A stretch of 64,000 bases of DNA from a candidate division FCPU426 bacterium (GTDB taxonomy: Bacteria > Oederibacteriota > PGYV01 > Palsa-1178), in contig CAWIXE010000002.1 in assembly GCA_963840035.1 (NCBI GenBank), positions 1,216,001-1,280,000 on the forward strand. Direction: 5' to 3'. The notes under the pieces are model-generated. The model ran no database searches and had not been told where the DNA came from. It saw nothing but the letters and a program-made list of their open reading frames with translations. Positions 8,679-18,863 of the stretch are shown here, piece by piece. Numbering within the stretch: the first letter of the stretch is position 1; every line of letters starts with the position of its first letter. The position numbers and the translations under genes are program-made.

Positions 8679-10382
8679 TTACCTCTCTTTTTTCTTGAAT
8701 ATGTCGAAAATTGAGGATTTCTTTTTCGGGTCAGAGCCCTCTCCGGGCAGCCCCTCTTCGCCGCGTGATTCTTCCTCTTTGTACTCCTGATTTGCCTGCG
8801 CCGGTTTTCCCGATGATATTTTCTTTGCAAACTCGTCGCCGATGTCTTTTTTCATCTTGTCAACTTCGCTGCCCGAGAGACCGGAGTCCGGAGTTATCTT
8901 GATGGCCTGTTCCTTGCCTGTTGACTGGTCCTTTGCAGTAACCCGCAGCATCCCGTTCGCGTCTATGTCAAATATGACATCTATCTTCGCTGTGCCTTTT
9001 TTGCCGGGAGGTATTCCCACCAGGTCAAAAGTTCCAATCATTTTATTATCAGCGGCCATGGGTTTCTCGCCCTGGTATACTTCTATGCGCACAAAGGACT
9101 GGTCATCCTTTGTCGTGGTATAGTTCTCGCTTTTCCTCGTGGGGATGGATGAGTTCTTTTCGATTATCTTTGAAAATATGCCGCCCTCTGTCTTGATGCC
9201 CAGCGAAAAAGCCGTGACATCCAGCAGCAATATATCCCTTATGTCCCCTTTTAATACGGACGCCTGGTGCGCCGCGCCCGCGGCTACAGCCTCATCGGGA
9301 TTTAAGCCGGTATAAGGCTCTTTTTTAAATATCCTCGCGACAACGCTCCTGACAAGGGGCATTTTTGTCTGGCCGCCTACAAGAACGACTTCATCAATGT
9401 CTGAAGGCCTGAGCCCCGCGCCGACAAGCGCTTTCTCGCACGGGCCGGCGGTCCTCTCCGCGATGTCCGAAGTAATCTGCTCGAGCTGTTCCCTGGTGAG
9501 TATGGCCTGAAGGTGCTTGGGGCCGTCCTTTGATACCGCGATAAACTGCAGTGTTATCTCGACTGAATCAAGGGTGGAGAGGTTTATCTTTGCCTTTTCC
9601 GCCGCGTCTTTTAAGCGCTGCAGGGCAACCCTGTCGTTCCTTAAGTCTATCCCTTCCTTATTATAAAAATCATCTATGAGGAAGTCTATGACTGCCTGGT
9701 CAAAATCATCCCCGCCTAAGTGCGTATCGCCTGAAGTGGACATGACCTCAAATATGCCCTGGCCGAGCTTTAAGATGGACACATCGAACGTGCCTCCGCC
9801 AAGGTCATAAATTACGACTTTCATTTTGTTTTTGGAATCAAAGCCCGAGGCGAGCGCCGCCGCCGTGGGTTCATTGATGATCCTGACCACATCAAGCCCG
9901 GCTATCTTTCCGGCATCCTTGGTGGCCTGTCTCTGGGAATCATTAAAATACGCCGGCACGGTTATGACCGCTTTTTCCACCGGTTCGTGAAGGTAATTTT
10001 CCGCGTCCCTTTTAAGCTTCATGAGGGTCATGGCTGATATTTCAGGGGGCGAATACAGCTTTCCTAAAACTTCCACGCGCACATCGCCGTTATCAGCCGG
10101 CTTTAAGGCGTACGGTATGAGCTTTATGTCATTTGCCACTACCCGGTCATTGTATTTCATACCCATAAAACGCTTTATGGAAAAAACCGTGTTTTCAGGG
10201 TTCATTACCTGCTGCCTTTTGGCGGCGTTGCCGACCAAAATGGTGCCTTCCTTTGTAAAGGCCACAACCGAAGGAGTTGTCTTAAAGCCCTCGTCATTCG
10301 GGACTATTAAGAGCCGCCCGTCCTCCATGATGCCCACGCACGAATTGGTCGTGCCAAGGTCTATGCCGATTATCTTTGCCAT
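8679..10382 (-). CDS. dnaK: Hsp70/DnaK-family chaperone (C-terminally short paralog, lid missing)
   Basis: [62 protein letters not shown] linker; 567 aa. Confidence 0.9.
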   Translation of the reverse strand: MAKIIGIDLGTTNSCVGIMEDGRLLIVPNDEGFKTTPSVVAFTKEGTILVGNAAKRQQVMNPENTVFSIKRFMGMKYNDRVVANDIKLIPYALKPADNGDVRVEVLGKLYSPPEISAMTLMKLKRDAENYLHEPVEKAVITVPAYFNDSQRQATKDAGKIAGLDVVRIINEPTAAALASGFDSKNKMKVVIYDLGGGTFDVSILKLGQGIFEVMSTSGDTHLGGDDFDQAVIDFLIDDFYNKEGIDLRNDRVALQRLKDAAEKAKINLSTLDSVEITLQFIAVSKDGPKHLQAILTREQLEQITSDIAERTAGPCEKALVGAGLRPSDIDEVVLVGGQTKMPLVRSVVARIFKKEPYTGLNPDEAVAAGAAHQASVLKGDIRDILLLDVTAFSLGIKTEGGIFSKIIEKNSSIPTRKSENYTTTKDDQSFVRIEVYQGEKPMAADNKMIGTFDLVGIPPGKKGTAKIDVIFDIDANGMLRVTAKDQSTGKEQAIKITPDSGLSGSEVDKMKKDIGDEFAKKISSGKPAQANQEYKEEESRGEEGLPGEGSDPKKKSSIFDIFKKKER

Positions 10383-10401
10383 TAAATATTTCTCCCCTTT
10401 A

Positions 10402-10965
10402 CTATGTTTTTCTTATCTTATCGAGTTCCTTTATAAGTTCCGCAAGTTTGTCGATGGCCCTTAAAAACTGCTGGTTTTCCGGGGCAAGTTTATTTGCCTC
10501 CCTGAAAGCCCTCATGGCCTCAGGAAGCTTGTTCGTGGCAAAATAAATAACCCCCATGTTATAAACAGCCTCGGGCAGCTGGTATATGCCGAATGCCTGC
10601 TGAAATTTCAAAAGCGCGGCGGCTTTCTGCGCCTCAAAGAGCTCGACGCCTTCCGCGAAACACGCGCAGGCTTCCTCGAACTTCTTCTTGTCGCCCATCT
10701 GAAATATATTAAACTTGATCTCAGCCGGCTTTTCCCTGAGCGTGGCGAATATCAGGAAATTATAGATCTTCCTGCGCATGGGGTCCGTGAGTATCTTATA
10801 CGCGGCCACCACTTCCGAAGTCTTCTCATGCGCCCAGTCAGGCCTGTCCGGATTATGGTCAGGATGATACTTATACAGCATGTTCCGGAAAGCGCCTTCT
10901 ATCTCATCCTGCGTCGCCGCCGGAAAAACCTCTAGGATCTCGTAGTAGTTCAGTTTCTTCGCCAT
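10402..10965 (-). CDS. DnaJ-domain protein with C-terminal TPR
   Basis: NYYEILEV...[11 protein letters not shown]-domain; [14 protein letters not shown]...[16 protein letters not shown]. Confidence 0.85.
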   Translation of the reverse strand: MAKKLNYYEILEVFPAATQDEIEGAFRNMLYKYHPDHNPDRPDWAHEKTSEVVAAYKILTDPMRRKIYNFLIFATLREKPAEIKFNIFQMGDKKKFEEACACFAEGVELFEAQKAAALLKFQQAFGIYQLPEAVYNMGVIYFATNKLPEAMRAFREANKLAPENQQFLRAIDKLAELIKELDKIRKT

Positions 10966-11030
10966 TTGACCTTTTCCTTTTGACCTTTGTTCTATGACTT
11001 CATTTTAAGTTTTCAGCTTTAAGCTTTAAG

Positions 11031-12482
11031 TTAGAATTTCGTCCCTTTCAATTTCATAAGCTCCACAGTCCCGCCTTCGGGCATGGCGACCGTGTCTACC
11101 CTGTCATACATGGCCAGCGTAGCCGTGCCTTCGGCAATATCGTGCGTGGCATATATGTCCGTGGCATACTGTTTTTTTCCGCCGTATTTGGCGGCAAATG
11201 CCAGGTAATCCTTTATGACGTTAAATTTCTCAATTGAAACCTTGTCGGCAAAATTCTTGGCGACATTGCCGCCGACCATTATGAAATTTACCGAGAAATC
11301 CTCTACCGCGTATCCAAGGGTAAGTTTCGCCTTTACCATCTGAACGAGTTCTTTCCTGATCTCAACAGTGGAAATAAGCGCCCTTCTCATGTCATCCTTA
11401 TGCTTGAAAGGATACCCGAAGCTTAAAAGTATAAACCTCTCCGTTACTTTGAACACTGCCCCCTGGTACTCAAGCGCGGTCATGGAGATGCGGTCCACAA
11501 GCTTTTCGATGATGGACTTCATTTCCTCGCTCATTAGTTCGTATGTGAAATTCATGAAGGCCGATGTGTCTATGAAAATAAAGATCGTCCTGTTTTCGTC
11601 GCCTTTTGACGGCGGCGCGTATCCCCTTGTAAGCTTATCTGTCATTTCCTGGTATGTCAGGACCTTATACGCTTTCTTTATATCATCCATGTCCTTTAAC
11701 CCGTCAGCCACTGTTTCAAAGGCCTCTTTTATCCTTACCTTTTCCTTAAGTTCCACTATCATCCTGTTAAAATCATCAGCCAAAACCCCGACTTCGTCGT
11801 TTGCCGGCACCGACACTTCCACCTGCAGGTCGCCTTCCGCGACTTTCCTCATGCCCGCGGCTATTATATTAAAATTGGTGGTTATGAACTTGGCCAGGTA
11901 CCAGGCGCCGAGCCAACCGACAACAAGCACCAGCAGGGCTAAAAGCACGGTATTTAAGACCATTATGTTCTGCTTGTGATAAAGGTCATATTTGGAATAT
12001 TTGATTACCAGTGTGGCCAGCTGCACATCCTTGCCTTTTGTTTTGAATTTTCCGACAAGTTTTAAGACATCATTGACTTTAGTATCCAGGAGCTCTTTCG
12101 CCGCCTTGTTCTTATCCGGCGCAATCTTTACTGACTTGAACTTATTCTTTATCAGTTCATCATTTATAATGGACGCCGTAACATTATCCCTGCCGTCGAC
12201 TATGGCCATAAAGAGTATGGACTTTTCCACAGCCGCTATCTGCTTCATGTAACTTTCATAAAGCGTCCAGTTGGTGCCGTCTTTTGTGTAAGCAAAGCGC
12301 CACATGGCCCCCAGTATCTTGGTGGCGCGCATGGCTGAGACCTTCATCTCGGATATGGACTGCCGCCAGTTCATGGCCATATAGTAACCGACTATGGTGG
12401 ACAAACTTATGATCAGCAAAGTGAATATAAGAATGGTTATCTTATACTGCAGGCTGAACTTAATTTTCCTTCTTGTCGCCAT
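11031..12482 (-). CDS. Membrane sensor: 2 TM + HAMP + degenerate class III nucleotide cyclase-like domain
   Basis: HAMP (KVAEGDL..DEVGVLADDFNRMI); cyclase-like RTIFIFIDTSAF...YQGAVFKVTERFILLSFGYP...DDMRRAL. Confidence 0.7.
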   Translation of the reverse strand: MATRRKIKFSLQYKITILIFTLLIISLSTIVGYYMAMNWRQSISEMKVSAMRATKILGAMWRFAYTKDGTNWTLYESYMKQIAAVEKSILFMAIVDGRDNVTASIINDELIKNKFKSVKIAPDKNKAAKELLDTKVNDVLKLVGKFKTKGKDVQLATLVIKYSKYDLYHKQNIMVLNTVLLALLVLVVGWLGAWYLAKFITTNFNIIAAGMRKVAEGDLQVEVSVPANDEVGVLADDFNRMIVELKEKVRIKEAFETVADGLKDMDDIKKAYKVLTYQEMTDKLTRGYAPPSKGDENRTIFIFIDTSAFMNFTYELMSEEMKSIIEKLVDRISMTALEYQGAVFKVTERFILLSFGYPFKHKDDMRRALISTVEIRKELVQMVKAKLTLGYAVEDFSVNFIMVGGNVAKNFADKVSIEKFNVIKDYLAFAAKYGGKKQYATDIYATHDIAEGTATLAMYDRVDTVAMPEGGTVELMKLKGTKF

Positions 12483-12497
12483 TTATTCTGTTTCCCC

Positions 12498-13862
12498 TTA
12501 TTTGGCTACGGATTCAAGGGCGTAAAAAGAACTTTCCGTATCGCCAAAATATATGATGCTGTCTTCCCCGATTATGGAGCACGCTATGGAATAATCATAT
12601 TTCTGCGACCACTTCTTCTCGCCTGACTTGGTATCAAACGCGCAGACTTCCTTGCCTGCCGCCATATATATCAGGTTATTGACTATGAACGGGGCTGTCA
12701 GGACTTTGCCTTCAACCGGGGTCTTCCACAGGAGTTTTCCGGCGTCCGCGCTTATAGCGTAGACGTTCCTGTCGTTTGACCCGGCAAAGAAAACGCCGTC
12801 TTTGACCGCGCCTGTGGTAATCCAGCCTTCGGCCTGAAAGGCCCACTTAATCGCGCCGCTTAACGAATCAACTGCGTATATTTTTTTGTCGTCAGACCCG
12901 AAATACAGGGTGCCTTCATTTTCAACAGGGCTTGATGCCACAGCTTTTAAGGTCGTATATTGCCACGCCACTTTTCCGTCCTCCGCGCTTAATGCGTACA
13001 TGTTGCCGTCGGTGCATCCTATGTATACCATGCCGTTTGCCACGCAAGGCGACGAAACTATGGGCGCGCCCGCGGCGGCTTTCCATACCTGCTCGCCGGT
13101 CTGCCTGTTTAAAGCCACGATGTTATTATCAAACGTCCCCACTATGACCTTGCCGGAGAAAAGCGCCGGCGAAGAGCCCTGGATGCTTGCCCCGATTTTT
13201 TTGGACCACAAGGCTTTTCCGGTGGATGCTGACACGGCGTAAACCATGCCAGTTTCAGTGCCGAAATAAAGCGTGCCTCCGTAAAGGGCTGCCGAGGATG
13301 ATATGAGGCCCTGTACCGGCAATTTCCATGCTGCCTGTCCCGTGGCTTTGTCTATGGCGTAAAAAGTATTGTCAGTCCCGCCTATATAAATATTATCAGC
13401 GTCCATAACAGGCGAAGCTTTAAATCCGCCGGCCGTGGCCTTGAACTTCCACTTAAAATCAAGGGGCGGCATAATATTATAACCGCTATAAAAATCATGG
13501 CTGGCTGTGCCCCGGAACATGGACCAGACATATTTGCCTTTATCAGCCTTGGTCTCCGTAACTTTTTTTGAGGCCTGGACTATTTCCTTCTGCTGTACGG
13601 CTATCTGCTGTTCGAGTTTCTTTACCTCTTCAGAGGCGCCGCCTGTCTTTGAGGCCTTCTTTGCCGCTTTTACCTGCTGCTGCATTTTTACAAGCTGCTG
13701 GGTCTGTTCGCTTATTTTTTTCTGCGCGGATTCAATGGCTTTGATGTCCTCGCTGACATTAATATCTATGCTTGCGGTCTCCTCAGGCTGGCCGCCGAAA
13801 CACCCTGATAAAATCAGCATAAGGCCTGCGGCAAATCCGATAACAATGTGGTTAAATCGCAT
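12498..13862 (-). CDS. PQQ-repeat beta-propeller lipoprotein (BamB-like) with N-terminal coiled coil
   Basis: Lipobox LILSG-C; repeated YAxDxxTGxxxW blades. Confidence 0.85.
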   Translation of the reverse strand: MRFNHIVIGFAAGLMLILSGCFGGQPEETASIDINVSEDIKAIESAQKKISEQTQQLVKMQQQVKAAKKASKTGGASEEVKKLEQQIAVQQKEIVQASKKVTETKADKGKYVWSMFRGTASHDFYSGYNIMPPLDFKWKFKATAGGFKASPVMDADNIYIGGTDNTFYAIDKATGQAAWKLPVQGLISSSAALYGGTLYFGTETGMVYAVSASTGKALWSKKIGASIQGSSPALFSGKVIVGTFDNNIVALNRQTGEQVWKAAAGAPIVSSPCVANGMVYIGCTDGNMYALSAEDGKVAWQYTTLKAVASSPVENEGTLYFGSDDKKIYAVDSLSGAIKWAFQAEGWITTGAVKDGVFFAGSNDRNVYAISADAGKLLWKTPVEGKVLTAPFIVNNLIYMAAGKEVCAFDTKSGEKKWSQKYDYSIACSIIGEDSIIYFGDTESSFYALESVAK

Positions 13863-13980
13863 AAAAACCCCTTTCCGGGCATATTTATATATTTTTTAAC
13901 GGAAATGCATATAGGTATACCGTTAAAAAACAAAAAAGCCTTTGTTTTAATAGAATTTTCTCTATTTTAACTGCTGATAT

Positions 13981-14009
13981 ATAATAGCAAAATAATGGCG
14001 GGGTGTCAA
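13981..14009 (-). promoter_or_regulatory. Sigma70 promoter for the 13862 operon
   Basis: TTGACA-17 nt-TATTAT with extended TG. Confidence 0.65.
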
Positions 14010-14130
14010 TTGGACAAAAGGGCGAATTTTCTATTTTGAATTTTCAATTTTCTATCAGGAAATACAGGGATTTTAAGTAAAGACCTTATAATTGTTAGCA
14101 TTTATAGTTCTATTTAGATTTATGTCCAGA

Positions 14131-14167
14131 AGCAAAAACGGGCGGATAAAATCCGCCCGTTTTTGCT
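14131..14167. terminator. Intrinsic (bidirectional-type) terminator
   Basis: AGCAAAAACGGGCGGAT-AAA-ATCCGCCCGTTTTTGCT perfect inverted repeat after the PilZ gene. Confidence 0.8.
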
Positions 14168-14209
14168 TTTTATAATCCAAAATTGAAAATTGAAAATATA
14201 AAATTGTAT

Positions 14210-14572
14210 TTACGAAAGTATTTCCTCTATAAGCGCCTTATCCGCGTCCTTAAGTATGAGAAATTCCAGTCCAAAGGTCTTCATATCCCCTTCGCCCCTG
14301 ACCCATTTGATCTCGGCAAAAGTGGTAATCGGTTCCGGCCTTGTATCGAGCACGACTTCAAGCCTTATAATCTCGCCCGGCATTCCCGACATGGCTCCGG
14401 CAGCCCTGATACCGCCCAGGCTTATATCAAAACTTTCGCCCTCAAGCTTTGTAGCTGAAATTTTTATTTCGCGGGCTTCGTCTTCGCCCGAGATAACCTT
14501 GTATGTGACTTTGCATTTTTTATCGACCCTTTTATGCCTTCTTCTCTCTATGTATAAATCCGCGTTTTCCAT
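14210..14572 (-). CDS. Stand-alone PilZ domain protein (c-di-GMP receptor)
   Basis: ERRRHKR (RxxxR) and DISLGG (DxSxxG). Confidence 0.88.
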   Translation of the reverse strand: MENADLYIERRRHKRVDKKCKVTYKVISGEDEAREIKISATKLEGESFDISLGGIRAAGAMSGMPGEIIRLEVVLDTRPEPITTFAEIKWVRGEGDMKTFGLEFLILKDADKALIEEILS

Positions 14573-14577
14573 GATTA

Positions 14578-15807
14578 TTAACCCCCCGGTTTGATTTGCT
14601 GTTCAAACTCGCGGGATTTCTCCGCAAGCCTTGTAACAGTCGACATGTTCTCCCTTATCCTGCCAAAGACCACGTCAATATTTGTGTTTAACAACTTCAG
14701 CCTGTCGCTCACCTTTACGGTGAGCACCTTAAGAAGGTCATTATCTATCCTATATTCCTCAGCGGCCGAGTAAACATCGCCCAGCATCCTTGAATTCTCG
14801 GCAAGCGAAGTGACAATGTTGACAAATGAATCACTGGCCTTATAAACCACATTAACGGCATCCTCGATCTTTGACTGGCCGCTTATTACATTTACCGCTT
14901 CCCTTGCGAGCTCCTCAGTGCTGGTTAAAAACACCGTCATTTCCTGTGTGGCCATGGTGGCCGCTTCGGCAAGCTCCCTTATCTGCTGGGCTACCACCGC
15001 GAAACTTTTCCCGGCCTCTCCGGCCCTGGCCGCCTCAATGGCCGCGTTTAAAGAAAGCAGGTTCGTCTTCTTCGCGATATCCGCGACAGTATCCACAATC
15101 TTTTTTGTTTCCTTGGAATTAACCCTGAGCTTGCTTATGACCACGGACGATTCGGAAACCGCCTCCCTTATGTTGCCCATGGCCTGTATTTCCGCCCCGG
15201 TATCGCGGCTGCCCGCCTTTGCGATGGACACAATGGACTTCGTCGCGTCAGATATCCTCTTTATGTCGCCGATCATGGCATTTAATGCGGCCGTGACGTT
15301 ATTGATTATAGTGGCTGCTTTTTTTATGGAATCGGAATTGTCATTCACTTCTTTTTTTGCAACGGACATTTCCGTCAGCAAAGACTCGTTTTCCTTATTG
15401 ATGCGGTCAATGCCGGAAAAAATATTATCAACGCCCGTCGCGCAGGCCGTCATAAAAGCATTTCTTTCAGTCCTGGATTTGGCCACCTCAGCGGCGCTCA
15501 TGGCCACAAGGTCGTCAAAAGCCTTGAAACCCGAAGGCTCAAAAACCTGTTTTTTTATATTTTCAGCGGCTGTCTTATATAACTGTTTAATGCGGCTATC
15601 AACCAAATATACAAAAAGAGCCCCCATGCCGATTGCCAGGATTATGAGTACAAATATAAGGGCAATAAACTGCCTCAGATTTACGCCGACACCGGCCATG
15701 ATAATAACGCCGGTAACAAGCGTGCATATTGCGGGTATGGATACATAGGTTATAATTTCCGAATCTGAAAAAGACACCCTGAATAACTTTTGAAGGCTGT
15801 TTTTCAT
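14578..15807 (-). CDS. Methyl-accepting chemotaxis protein-like
   Basis: Two N-terminal TM segments; [30 protein letters not shown] signalling hairpin. Confidence 0.88.
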   Translation of the reverse strand: MKNSLQKLFRVSFSDSEIITYVSIPAICTLVTGVIIMAGVGVNLRQFIALIFVLIILAIGMGALFVYLVDSRIKQLYKTAAENIKKQVFEPSGFKAFDDLVAMSAAEVAKSRTERNAFMTACATGVDNIFSGIDRINKENESLLTEMSVAKKEVNDNSDSIKKAATIINNVTAALNAMIGDIKRISDATKSIVSIAKAGSRDTGAEIQAMGNIREAVSESSVVISKLRVNSKETKKIVDTVADIAKKTNLLSLNAAIEAARAGEAGKSFAVVAQQIRELAEAATMATQEMTVFLTSTEELAREAVNVISGQSKIEDAVNVVYKASDSFVNIVTSLAENSRMLGDVYSAAEEYRIDNDLLKVLTVKVSDRLKLLNTNIDVVFGRIRENMSTVTRLAEKSREFEQQIKPGG

Positions 15808-15942
15808 GAATCCTCTTATACGCGTATTTTATAGGATAATTATAATATAAGGTGTTGGAAAAAACAATGTTTAAAGTGTTATACGAAAATCAAGTGATGC
15901 CGGCACATTATCTTATCTTCTCTTTTTATCCATTTTTCGTGC

Positions 15943-16017
15943 TGGCCACCGCAGCCTTTAGGCTGCGCTATGCGGTTTTCTGTCCTGCGTTTCGCAACCT
16001 GAAGGCTGCGGCTGCCA
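15943..16017. repeat. REP-like inverted doublet
   Basis: CCGCAGCCTTTAGGCTGCG ... CGCAACCTGAAGGCTGCGG, each a hairpin and mutually inverted. Confidence 0.6.
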
Positions 16018-16036
16018 AAGCTTTGCCTTACGGAAC

Positions 16037-16477
16037 TTAACCGACAACTTTCTTCCCTGTCCCCGCGTACTTTACAAGTATGGTCTTATTCTTGTTTTTC
16101 AGCCTTCTGTAATATATCTTATCGCAGACAGTCTTTATCATCCTGATACCCAGTTTTCCTTTTATGCCCTTATCCACAAGCGTTTCTTTTGAAACAGGGT
16201 CATACTCAAGTATATTGTGCGGCAAACCCTTATCTATTATGACAGCGCTCACCCTGTCTTCTTCCACCACAATTTTAAGGAGTATCCTTCCAACCTTGTC
16301 CTTATACCCGTACCTTATAATGTTCTCGCAGAACTCATTAATAGCCAGCTCAAGGTAAATGACATCGTCATGGCTGACCGCCGCCCCGCTCCATTTGACG
16401 GACTGGGTAAAAAAAGCCCTTATGGTTGTAAGGTATTTCTCATCCGCAAGCATGTCTATCAGAAATATTCTTCTCAT
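16037..16477 (-). CDS. RsbW/SpoIIAB-like anti-sigma factor Ser kinase (HATPase_c)
   Basis: LELAINEFCENIIRYGY N-box, IIDKG, GKLGIRMIKTVCDKI. Confidence 0.85.
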   Translation of the reverse strand: MRRIFLIDMLADEKYLTTIRAFFTQSVKWSGAAVSHDDVIYLELAINEFCENIIRYGYKDKVGRILLKIVVEEDRVSAVIIDKGLPHNILEYDPVSKETLVDKGIKGKLGIRMIKTVCDKIYYRRLKNKNKTILVKYAGTGKKVVG

Positions 16478-16498
16478 TTGATAACCGCCTTTTTAGCT

Positions 16499-16840
16499 TT
16501 ACGAAAAACTTTTTACGGCCGCGTTCTCATCAGGGTACGAATCAATAAGGCTGTCAAATTCCATGAGAGTAAATATCTTCTCAACCTTTTCAATCATTGA
16601 CGAGAGCCTGATGTCGCCGCCTTTTTCCCGCAGTTTCCTTAAGTACGCCACAAATATTCCCCAGCCGGCTGAGCTTATGAACTCCACGCCGCCGAGGTTT
16701 ACCACCACCTTGTACTTGCCTTCGGTGTAGACTTTCTTGATCTTCTCTTCCATGGCCGACGCGGTTGACGTATCTATGAACCCGCAGGCCGTAAGGATGC
16801 ATACATCCCCGTTCTTTTTCTCGTCAATTGTAATGCTCAT
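16499..16840 (-). CDS. STAS-domain anti-sigma factor antagonist (RsbV-like)
   Basis: GFIDTSTA..VVVNLGGVEFISSAGWG..GGDIRL. Confidence 0.88.
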   Translation of the reverse strand: MSITIDEKKNGDVCILTACGFIDTSTASAMEEKIKKVYTEGKYKVVVNLGGVEFISSAGWGIFVAYLRKLREKGGDIRLSSMIEKVEKIFTLMEFDSLIDSYPDENAAVKSFS

Positions 16841-16861
16841 GCTTTCCTCCCGGTATTTGTA

Positions 16862-18349
16862 TTATTTTCTTTTTATCACAAGTATTGATATGTCGTCGCT
16901 CTGATCCGCCCCGCCGGCAAACGCGCTTACATCTTTTACCACCGCATCCACGAGTTCAGCGGCGCTTTTGCCCGAAGACGCCTTTATTATTGCCACGAAG
17001 CGGTCGTCCCCATATTCCTGCTTTTCCCTGTTCATGGCTTCCGTAATACCGTCAGTAAAGGCAACAAGAACCTGCCCTTTTTCAATTGTAAATTTGTCAT
17101 TCTTTATGACCTTGTCAAAACGCGGCCCCGGGTCTGTCCCTATCGGGAAGCCCTTTGGGTTATGCGAAACAATCTCCCCGTTGCCCTCCACATAAGTGTC
17201 GTTATGGCCCGCTGATGCCATGTCAATCCTGCCGGATTCAGGGTCCAGCACGGCGTAAAACACCGTGATAAACATGCCTTCCCTCATATCCGGAAATAGC
17301 TTTTGATTCAGCCTCTGCAACGTTACATGCGACTCGTAAAAGGAGTCCGCTTCGGCATGAAGTATCGACCTTGCCATAGTCATGATCAGAGCCGCCGGAA
17401 CGCCTTTTCCGGAAACATCACCCACCACAAATCCGAACTTGCCGTTATCCAGCGGCATAACATCGTAATAGTCCCCGCTTACTTCCTTTGCCGGCGAATA
17501 ATACGCGGATACATCATAGCCTTCTATGGCCGCGATATCCTTCGGGATAAGCGAAAGCTGTATTTCCTTTGCGACTTCAAGCTCCCTTTCAAGGCGCTGC
17601 TGCTTTACCATGACTTCCTGCGCTTTTTTCAGGTCATGGGTCATCATGTTAAACACCCCTGCCAGAGCGCCGAGTTCATTGTTGCTTTTTACCTTTATCT
17701 TAAAATCGAGGTTTCCCGCGCCGATTGTCTTCGCGCCTTTTGCAAGGACATTTATGGGGCTGGCTATGCCTATACCCATGGCAAACGCGCCTATGATGCC
17801 GAGCGCGATGGCAATGATTGAAATCACAAGCACGTTAATGAAAGCCCTGTTCAAAACATCCTCAACAACGCTGTAAGATATGCCGACATGGGCCGTGCCA
17901 AGCTTAAGTTTGCCCTTCGCGACTACGGGCGATGAAAAATCAAGCATGCGCCCCAGTTTTTCGTCCGTATATATTATAATCCTGTTTTCGCCGGCTTCAA
18001 TTTCCGAGGCATTTTGAGGTTCCAGGTACTTTGACCCCATCTTTTCCATGTCGTCGCAGGCTTTTATCTTTCCAGCCTCATCCACCACCTCGGCATACTT
18101 GACGCCTTTGTTGGCGGCCGCGTCAGTTAAAAGCCTCATGGAAGTCAGTTCGTCCTCGGTGAGCATTGCGTCAGCGATATTGTTCGAAAGGTTCTTCGCC
18201 ACTGAAAGGCCGCGCAGCTTTACCTCTTCTGTCAGCGATTTTTTCTGCGAATCAAGGACAAAATAACTTAAGGAGCCTATGACCGCCACAAGAAGCGCAA
18301 CTATAAAAAATGTTATTTCCCACTTGATGCTTGAATGCTTTTTCGCCAT
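16862..18349 (-). CDS. Membrane HAMP + PP2C/SpoIIE phosphatase (RsbU-like)
   Basis: 2 TM, HAMP, ELEVAKEIQLSLIP, EVSGDYYD, GDVSGKGVPAAL, FTDGITEA, QSDDI. Confidence 0.92.
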   Translation of the reverse strand: MAKKHSSIKWEITFFIVALLVAVIGSLSYFVLDSQKKSLTEEVKLRGLSVAKNLSNNIADAMLTEDELTSMRLLTDAAANKGVKYAEVVDEAGKIKACDDMEKMGSKYLEPQNASEIEAGENRIIIYTDEKLGRMLDFSSPVVAKGKLKLGTAHVGISYSVVEDVLNRAFINVLVISIIAIALGIIGAFAMGIGIASPINVLAKGAKTIGAGNLDFKIKVKSNNELGALAGVFNMMTHDLKKAQEVMVKQQRLERELEVAKEIQLSLIPKDIAAIEGYDVSAYYSPAKEVSGDYYDVMPLDNGKFGFVVGDVSGKGVPAALIMTMARSILHAEADSFYESHVTLQRLNQKLFPDMREGMFITVFYAVLDPESGRIDMASAGHNDTYVEGNGEIVSHNPKGFPIGTDPGPRFDKVIKNDKFTIEKGQVLVAFTDGITEAMNREKQEYGDDRFVAIIKASSGKSAAELVDAVVKDVSAFAGGADQSDDISILVIKRK

Positions 18350-18787
18350 TTATTTTCCCCTGTATTTCACAATTTTAACCTGATGCCCTTTTTTCTTTGA
18401 GGACGTGTAGCTCACTTCGTCCGCGTTTGATTCTATCAGGTAGTTGCCGATCTTTGCTTTTACAGACTCTATTATGACCTGTTCCTCGGAATACGACTTG
18501 AAATACCCTTTCAATTCCATGGAACCTTTGTGATGAAGCGTAACTATTATTTTTTTTGGGGTAACCCTGGCTTTAACGCTGATCTTCACATCCTTGAATT
18601 TATCCCCTTCTTCACGGAGCAGCTTGTCGCAAGCCTCATTTACGGCCATGATTATCTGTTCTTTTTCATTCTCGGATATTTTTTCGACACCGAGGATATT
18701 TTCCAAAAATTTCCTTACCAGAAAGAAATACTTGTCCTGTCTCGGTATCTCTATCGAGTACTCTATGCTGTTCTTTTTCTTTGCCAT
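18350..18787 (-). CDS. Degenerate RsbW-like HATPase protein
   Basis: EQIIMAVNEACDKLL N-box-like segment, G-boxes not recognisable; start moved to ATG 18787 (GGAGG RBS). Confidence 0.65.
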   Translation of the reverse strand: MAKKKNSIEYSIEIPRQDKYFFLVRKFLENILGVEKISENEKEQIIMAVNEACDKLLREEGDKFKDVKISVKARVTPKKIIVTLHHKGSMELKGYFKSYSEEQVIIESVKAKIGNYLIESNADEVSYTSSKKKGHQVKIVKYRGK

Positions 18788-18863
18788 ATTTGCCTCCAAA
18801 TTTTCAATTTTCAATTCTAAATTTTCAATCAGCCGCATTCAACCGTTAATCGTCCGTCGTCAA

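Noticed and set aside
18788..18838. N-terminal extension MRLIENLELKIENLEAN
   Set aside because: Translation of a heptamer spacer; the RBS supports ATG 18787
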